DNA of 32,000 bases from Candidatus Heimdallarchaeota archaeon (GTDB taxonomy: Archaea > Asgardarchaeota > Heimdallarchaeia > Heimdallarchaeales > Kariarchaeaceae): the NCBI GenBank assembly GCA_030149205.1, contig JASBSB010000001.1, positions 630,001 to 662,000 of the forward strand, in the 5' to 3' direction. The notes under the pieces were generated by a model that was not told the origin of the DNA, ran no database searches, and saw only the letters and a program-made list of their open reading frames with translations. A program made the position numbers and the translations under genes. Within the stretch, counting starts at the first letter, position 1; each line of letters starts with the position of its first letter. Shown here one piece after another: positions 26,876 through 32,000 of the stretch.

Positions 26876-28378
26876 CTATACCAATTTAGAAAGACTTATG
26901 GGTGAGCCTTTCTTATGAGAAGATTTAGCAAAAAATAGGTTGCCATCACGTCTCAATTCAACCGCACCGAAATCTGCCAACTCAACCAAAGATCTATGGA
27001 TTAGTTGCTCAGGAAGGTTTAAAGAGGTGCTTAAGTCAGGTAAATGAATTTCTACATCCATGCTGTCTAAAATAGCCAAAATCCGAAACTTTGGATCGTA
27101 AACAATTAAACTTTCAAAATATTCTAAGACCTCTTTATCTTCATTTATCCTGGACTCTGCTAGTTTTAGCCTTGATTCTAACTCAGTCTTTTCATCCGAA
27201 CTCATTGTAACCATCCCTTGATATTGTTCAAGTGCCTGTTCTTTCTCTGAAAGTGTTGTCTTGAGTTCTTGAAACTCCTTATCTAAGGTATTAAATTCTT
27301 CTTCCCGCAGATTGGCTGAGTCTTGAAGATCAAGAAATGTTTGCTCCAAAGATTTATATTTTTCTGTCAGAGTACTTAATCTTCCTTCATAATCTGATTT
27401 AAGTGATTCTATGGCTTCCATGTTTTGATTTAATTTGTCTTCATATTCCTTATGTAACAATGATTTCTCTTCAAGGAGTAATTTTGTTTTTCTGAGTTCC
27501 TCATTTCTGTTGACTTCATCAGATTTCAGCTTAAATAACTCATTTTGAGCCTCGTCATATTTGGATTGAAGTTCTTTGATAAAATCGTTAGACACTGTGG
27601 ATTGCTTTGCTAAGAGCTCCCTCTCTCTCTCTGTTAGTTCTTTGATTTGTTGCTTTAATTTATCTAGTTCTCTTAATTGCTCAAGGAGTTGACTATTTTC
27701 CTTTCGAAGTTTTTGAATTAAAACATCACGATTTGCAAGTACTTCCTGTAGTTCTTCTACATCTGTTGAGGATTTCATCATTGTGTTCCCTATCAAATTG
27801 ACTTGGTTTTCCATATCCACCAATTTGTTTTGTAGCTCAGTGTTCTCTTGTTCTTTTTCTCTTACTTTGTTTCTCAAAGTTTGAATTTCATGTTGCAGCT
27901 CCATATTATCAGATTGTGAATCAGAATAAGTCTCAGTCTGGTTGAGAAGATTTTCCTCGTATTCCTTCAATTTCAATGTTGCCTCTGAAGACTCAAGTTG
28001 CAATTCTTGTAGTCTCTGAAACTCTCGGATCACTTCATCTTGGACTATACCAGAAGAGGCTATTGAATTTTCAATTCCTGTTCTCATATAATGTGAAGCG
28101 ATGGTAACCAATCGTACATGAATTGAGTTTTTAAAGAATTTTAGGAAAAACTCTTTGTAGTTGTTCGTTAGCATGTCAATGTCTGAGGGAGTGTAAGAAG
28201 CCTTACCTAGCTGAGTCATCTCTGATTTTATCTCTTCTGATTTTTCTCGGATGATCTGTTCAAAATACCCTTTCTCGTTCTGCATCTGGTTCAGAAATTC
28301 GATAACTGCATCCTTAATTACAGAAACTTGAGAAGCCTCTGTTGGAAGATTACTTTCCATTACAAATTCAAATAGCAA
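26876..28378 (-). CDS. Long coiled-coil protein with a C-terminal winged helix
   Basis: About 300 aa of E/K/L/Q-rich heptads, then DPKFRILAIL...LPDLSTSLNLPEQLIHRSLVELADFGAVEL. Confidence 0.72.
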   Translation of the reverse strand: MLFEFVMESNLPTEASQVSVIKDAVIEFLNQMQNEKGYFEQIIREKSEEIKSEMTQLGKASYTPSDIDMLTNNYKEFFLKFFKNSIHVRLVTIASHYMRTGIENSIASSGIVQDEVIREFQRLQELQLESSEATLKLKEYEENLLNQTETYSDSQSDNMELQHEIQTLRNKVREKEQENTELQNKLVDMENQVNLIGNTMMKSSTDVEELQEVLANRDVLIQKLRKENSQLLEQLRELDKLKQQIKELTERERELLAKQSTVSNDFIKELQSKYDEAQNELFKLKSDEVNRNEELRKTKLLLEEKSLLHKEYEDKLNQNMEAIESLKSDYEGRLSTLTEKYKSLEQTFLDLQDSANLREEEFNTLDKEFQELKTTLSEKEQALEQYQGMVTMSSDEKTELESRLKLAESRINEDKEVLEYFESLIVYDPKFRILAILDSMDVEIHLPDLSTSLNLPEQLIHRSLVELADFGAVELRRDGNLFFAKSSHKKGSPISLSKLV

Positions 28379-28431
28379 CTCATTGTTATAGGTTTTTCTC
28401 TTTTAAGGTGAAAAAAGAATTGTAATACTTT

Positions 28432-28977
28432 TTAATTGTTTATTTTATCCAATTCATGCAATTTGACATACTCTTGAAGTTCCGGTATAAGTCCTCCCTT
28501 CTTGATTTTATTCAGTAAAAACCCTTCAATTTGATGACCATTTAGCACTTCTTGTGTTCTTTCATTCATTACCTCTGCTGTCTCCAAATTAACCAAGAGA
28601 ACATCTCCTTCTTCAACTTTATCTGTTATATTAGGAACCTCTAAGAGGGGTAATCCTACGTTAACGCAATTCCTAAAAAAGATGGATGCGAAACTTTCTG
28701 CGATGACTAATTTGACACCTGCATATTTGATTGCATCAGGTGCTTGTTCTCTTGATGAGCCAGACCCAAAATCTTTCCCACCAACAAAAATAACGTCCTC
28801 ATATTTTTGAATTTCATCATAAGTTGTTGGTCGTACGGCTGACATCACATACCGACAGTAAATTATTGGATCAGACTCCTCCAAATATTGTGAAGGAATG
28901 ATGATGTCAGTATTCATTCCGTCTCCAAACTTCATGACCTTCCCTCTAATATTAGTAAAATCATCAATTGTTATCAT
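28432..28977 (-). CDS. leuD: 3-isopropylmalate dehydratase/homoaconitase-type small subunit (substrate not certain)
   Basis: FGDGMNTDIIIP, GGKDFGSGSSREQAP and AESFASIFFRNCVNVGLP. 4-nt overlap with the large-subunit gene. Confidence 0.88.
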   Translation of the reverse strand: MITIDDFTNIRGKVMKFGDGMNTDIIIPSQYLEESDPIIYCRYVMSAVRPTTYDEIQKYEDVIFVGGKDFGSGSSREQAPDAIKYAGVKLVIAESFASIFFRNCVNVGLPLLEVPNITDKVEEGDVLLVNLETAEVMNERTQEVLNGHQIEGFLLNKIKKGGLIPELQEYVKLHELDKINN

Positions 28978-30242
28978 TTTTTGTATCCAGCTCCTGTAAT
29001 TTTACCTTTGATAGCGGACATTGCTGCTGTCGCAGGAGAACCTAAGTATGTCTTACTGGTTGAATCCCCACCCATTCTCCCAATAAAATTCCTGTTTGTA
29101 GTACTCAGTGCAGTCATCCCCGATCCAATTCGCCCAAGTGATCCACCATAACATGCACCACAGGTTGAGTAGGACCAAAAAGCACCAGCTGCCATGAAGA
29201 TTTCAACATATCCACGTTTCACAGCCTCAAGTGCAACCTGAGATGATCCAGGAATGACTATAGTCTCTGTTCGTACTTTTTGATTCTTAAGAATCTTAGC
29301 GACCACTTCAAGGTCTTCAATTCGAGCGTTTGTGCAAGATCCAATAAACACCTGATCCAGTTCAACTTCACCGACCTCATCTACTGATTTTACATTATCA
29401 GGAGAATGAGGGCATGCGACGACAGGTTCAACCTCGCTGGCATTGATTTCATACCTCTCGTGATAATTCGCACCCAAGTCAGGTGTTGTTGGGTGTATGG
29501 TCCCCCGAACTGGAACGGTGTCCAAATAATTTTGTAGTTTTTTGTCATATGGCATGATGCCAGCCACCCCTCCCATTTCCACAGCCATGTTACTCATTGT
29601 TAATCGAGCCTCTAATGAAAGGTCTAAAATTCCATCACCTGAATATTCAAAGGCTCGATCTGTGCCCCATTCGGTTGTTTTTTCTCCCAACATTGTGAGC
29701 AGCAAATCTTTACTATAAACCCCTTCTCTTAATTTTCCATCGACCTTTATAGAAATAGTTTCAGGAACATCCAACCAAGTACTTCCCTTTACCATCAACT
29801 CTACAAGGTCAGACCCACCAATTCCTTTGGCAAACGCATTAAAGGCGCCATGTGTGACTGTGTGACTATCACTCCCTAGAATAAGGTCTCCGGGCTTGAC
29901 ATAACCTTTCTCATGAAAGACCACATGAGATATACCTGAACCTGCAGGTTCCACCTTTAAATTAAATAGCTTCGCAAAATGTTTTGTGATCTGATGAAGA
30001 TGAATCATTTTATCTGTAGTTCCAAAGCCACCGTGATCTAAAATTGTAAGTGTGTTTTCTACAAAATATGGATTTAAACGCTTAGCCCCAGTCATTCTAA
30101 ATTTAGGAATCGCAACCATGGGTAACATTTCGTTGCTGAGAATAGAAGAGGGACCCACATCTACCCTGTCCCCTGCAAACACAGGTTCTTTTTGCAATGA
30201 ATGCTCACTGAGGATTTTTTCTGTAACTGTTTGGTCTTCCAC
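28974..30242 (-). CDS. leuC: 3-isopropylmalate dehydratase/homoaconitase-type large subunit (substrate not certain)
   Basis: GSDSHTVTHGAF, MSNMAVEMG, FIGSCTNAR, CGACYG (three Fe-S Cys) and STTNRNFIGRMG. Confidence 0.9.
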   Translation of the reverse strand: MEDQTVTEKILSEHSLQKEPVFAGDRVDVGPSSILSNEMLPMVAIPKFRMTGAKRLNPYFVENTLTILDHGGFGTTDKMIHLHQITKHFAKLFNLKVEPAGSGISHVVFHEKGYVKPGDLILGSDSHTVTHGAFNAFAKGIGGSDLVELMVKGSTWLDVPETISIKVDGKLREGVYSKDLLLTMLGEKTTEWGTDRAFEYSGDGILDLSLEARLTMSNMAVEMGGVAGIMPYDKKLQNYLDTVPVRGTIHPTTPDLGANYHERYEINASEVEPVVACPHSPDNVKSVDEVGEVELDQVFIGSCTNARIEDLEVVAKILKNQKVRTETIVIPGSSQVALEAVKRGYVEIFMAAGAFWSYSTCGACYGGSLGRIGSGMTALSTTNRNFIGRMGGDSTSKTYLGSPATAAMSAIKGKITGAGYKK

Positions 30243-30308
30243 AGGTTTATAGTAATTAAAAGTTTAAAGCTCTATTTTCTTGTGAACTTAAATTTATCAA
30301 CTTTTAAC

Positions 30309-30896
30309 TCAAATTCTATATCTTGCATGCAAGAATAAACGAAAAGTTTTGCTTTTGTTATTAACATATTTTACAAATCTTTGATACCCTGATAATGTAT
30401 GAACAATACCTACGCTATTTGGGGCAATAGGTAGGGTGTAATACTGATCAGAACCCAAATAATAGGTGATCTGGCCTCCTGCAGTTACATCATCCCAACC
30501 TTCAGTGAAATCAATAAAGACATCAAGTCCTTCCTCCAGATTTGCATCATCGTGCATTACAGTGTAATCTTTCCATTCATATTTCGAGACTGTAAGTTTG
30601 TTTAATTTAAGCCCTTCGATTTCTGTGACTCCTTCAAGGAAAAGTAGTAATTCCTTAGATTCAAATAAATTTGTTAACCGTTCTGAAATTTTATCCTGTG
30701 AAGAATATGAATACATTATGGGATTTATAACTTTTACAAAGCTTCCATCAAGAATCTCTTTCCTCAACTCTTGATACATCTCTGGTTTTAAAAATTCAAA
30801 AAGAACAACACTCTGAAAAACATTGTCAGACTTGAATTGTTCAGTTAAGACAGGAAAGTTGTCCACTATTGTATATACATCATTCATCAGATTCAT
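30309..30896 (-). CDS. OGFOD1/Ofd1 C-terminal degenerate oxygenase domain (CTDD)-like protein
   Basis: EFLKPE, LFESKELLLFL, YTVMHDD, LDVFIDFTEGWD..AGGQITY and NSVGIV..RFVKYVNNKS parallel the OGFOD1 C-terminal domain as recalled. The distal His is absent. Confidence 0.75.
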   Translation of the reverse strand: MNLMNDVYTIVDNFPVLTEQFKSDNVFQSVVLFEFLKPEMYQELRKEILDGSFVKVINPIMYSYSSQDKISERLTNLFESKELLLFLEGVTEIEGLKLNKLTVSKYEWKDYTVMHDDANLEEGLDVFIDFTEGWDDVTAGGQITYYLGSDQYYTLPIAPNSVGIVHTLSGYQRFVKYVNNKSKTFRLFLHARYRI

Positions 30897-31503
30897 ATAA
30901 CCACCCTGTTAAACTGACTCTAAAGTATTCACCCACCACTTCCTCAACTTCATGGAATGAGGTCGGGGTAACTTCAAAAAACATCAACCGATTGTATCGC
31001 GGTATGATTTTCTTTGTAACTATAGTTGGATAAGAATGCTCAGACTCAAATAAATTTAAAGATCCTCCAATTTTTTCTTTTAGATCGGTTAAGTAAAAAA
31101 TGAATGCAATTTTCCTCTCTGGTAACTTGTCATCATGACATATAAGATAGTCCGTGTCTGAATAGATATTTCCCGTCACATCCACCTTTTTCCGACTTAG
31201 TTTACACGAAGTTATTGCTTCAATAAAACTTTGAAATTCTTCAGATAGTAAAAAAGAAACAAACTCTCGAAATATTGGATTAGAGCTTTCTGAAAGGTCA
31301 CTTGTTTGTATAAATTGGAAGAGGTCAGCCTCTTTCAGAAAAAATTCTTCATCCTCCAACGCAGAAATGACCTCGTCAAGTTTCTCTTCTATGAAGAACT
31401 CATCAATTGCTAGATGAGGAAATGGTGAATTTTGCTTGTACTCCTCCTGGTACTCATCAACCTTCAGTTTGTGTGATGGATTGAATAGATCATTCACAAA
31501 CAT
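30880..31503 (-). CDS. 2OG-Fe(II) oxygenase, OGFOD1/Tpa1/Ofd1 catalytic-domain-like prolyl hydroxylase
   Basis: PFPHLAIDEF, DLFQFIQTSDL, YLICHDD (HxD), RKIAFIFYL, GGSLNLF, NRLMFFEVTPTSFHEVEEV (distal His) and RVSLTGW (RxS). Confidence 0.88.
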   Translation of the reverse strand: MFVNDLFNPSHKLKVDEYQEEYKQNSPFPHLAIDEFFIEEKLDEVISALEDEEFFLKEADLFQFIQTSDLSESSNPIFREFVSFLLSEEFQSFIEAITSCKLSRKKVDVTGNIYSDTDYLICHDDKLPERKIAFIFYLTDLKEKIGGSLNLFESEHSYPTIVTKKIIPRYNRLMFFEVTPTSFHEVEEVVGEYFRVSLTGWLYESDE

Positions 31504-31527
31504 AAATTGAATGAACTAACTATTAAC

Positions 31528-32000
31528 TCACTGGTAAGAAACTAAAATATTACCGATTACCAAGATTAACACTAAAACTTGTACAGATATTGACAAGAAA
31601 TTTCTAAATCCTTCTTTCACATATTGCAGGAGAAAAGAAAGAATCTTCCCCCCATCTGTGAAAGTGAATGGTAGAAGATTGTAAACCCCTACAGCTAAAT
31701 TCAGATTGGAAAGCCAAATTAAACTAAATGTTACAAAATATGGAAGAAGTGGAAGGAACCCAAAATTTGGGTAGTAGTTGGAAACTTTAATTCCTAAAGT
31801 TGATTTTGTATTATCTCCCCCAGTTTTTACAAGAACATCTGAATTTAATAGGTGAATTAACAATGTTGTATTTGCAGGGGTATGGTTCAAAACCCTAGTT
31901 AAGTCATAAACTGATGTGATAGCAACTTTGCCATAACTCTGATTGAACTCATTTATTCTGCTTATTCCAACTATTATATCTCCAGTATGCAATGGCTGAT
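31528..32000 (-). CDS. M50 site-2 protease family membrane metalloprotease, C-terminal part (5' end lies outside the window)
   Basis: NLAVGVYNLLPFTFTDGGKIL (NxxPxxxxDG), flanking hydrophobic helices and PDZ-like GDIIV. The frame stays open to the window edge; HExxH is not visible. Confidence 0.8.
   Translation of the reverse strand, partial: QPLHTGDIIVGISRINEFNQSYGKVAITSVYDLTRVLNHTPANTTLLIHLLNSDVLVKTGGDNTKSTLGIKVSNYYPNFGFLPLLPYFVTFSLIWLSNLNLAVGVYNLLPFTFTDGGKILSFLLQYVKEGFRNFLSISVQVLVLILVIGNILVSYQ

Noticed and set aside
27621-27632. (CT)6 microsatellite as a phase-variation site
   Set aside because: Short, in frame, and explained by Glu-Arg codons (ERER).
26876-28378. SMC/Rad50 assignment for the long coiled-coil protein
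   Set aside because: No Walker A/B, signature motif, hinge or Zn-hook is visible.
168-30252. Remaining short ORFs in the track that overlap assigned genes (for example 168-410, 888-1109, 2717-3124, 2830-3075, 5293-5565, 6554-6880, 11023-11250, 18267-18494, 25862-26077, 30052-30252)
   Set aside because: They lie within or antisense to well-supported CDS and show no recognisable motifs.

Overview
AT-rich (roughly 35% GC by eye), gene-dense archaeal window, most likely from an Asgard archaeon and plausibly Heimdallarchaeia. That placement is inferred from archaeal housekeeping genes (TrmY, uL11, pantoate kinase/phosphopantothenate synthetase, PINA-type ATPase, aSelBL, beta-CASP RNase) sitting beside eukaryote-like proteins. 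About 31 credible CDS; no rRNA, tRNA, CRISPR array or mobile element was seen. Two candidate systems stand out. (1) At 30309-31503, two adjacent, overlapping genes match the catalytic N-terminal and the degenerate C-terminal domain of the eukaryotic O2-dependent uS12 prolyl hydroxylase OGFOD1/Tpa1/Ofd1. They lie 24 bp downstream of an M50 site-2 protease gene, which could form an oxygen-sensing module. (2) At 13165-15011, a stand-alone ESCRT-II Vps22/36 (EAP30)-like gene is followed by a membrane-anchored protein with a steadiness-box-like hairpin, nine IPAPTKSS repeats and a C-terminal STSIAxLR helix. A separate 81-aa gene at 4905-5150 carries a similar hairpin and the same C-terminal motif. 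Other oddities are a PIN-less PINA ATPase, a GlmU-like protein degenerate at both active sites, an N-terminally extended EutA with no eutBC in the window, a perfect 18-bp palindrome, and a coiled-coil/NYN/coiled-coil gene trio. All family assignments come from motifs read by eye and compared with remembered reference sequences; no database search was run.
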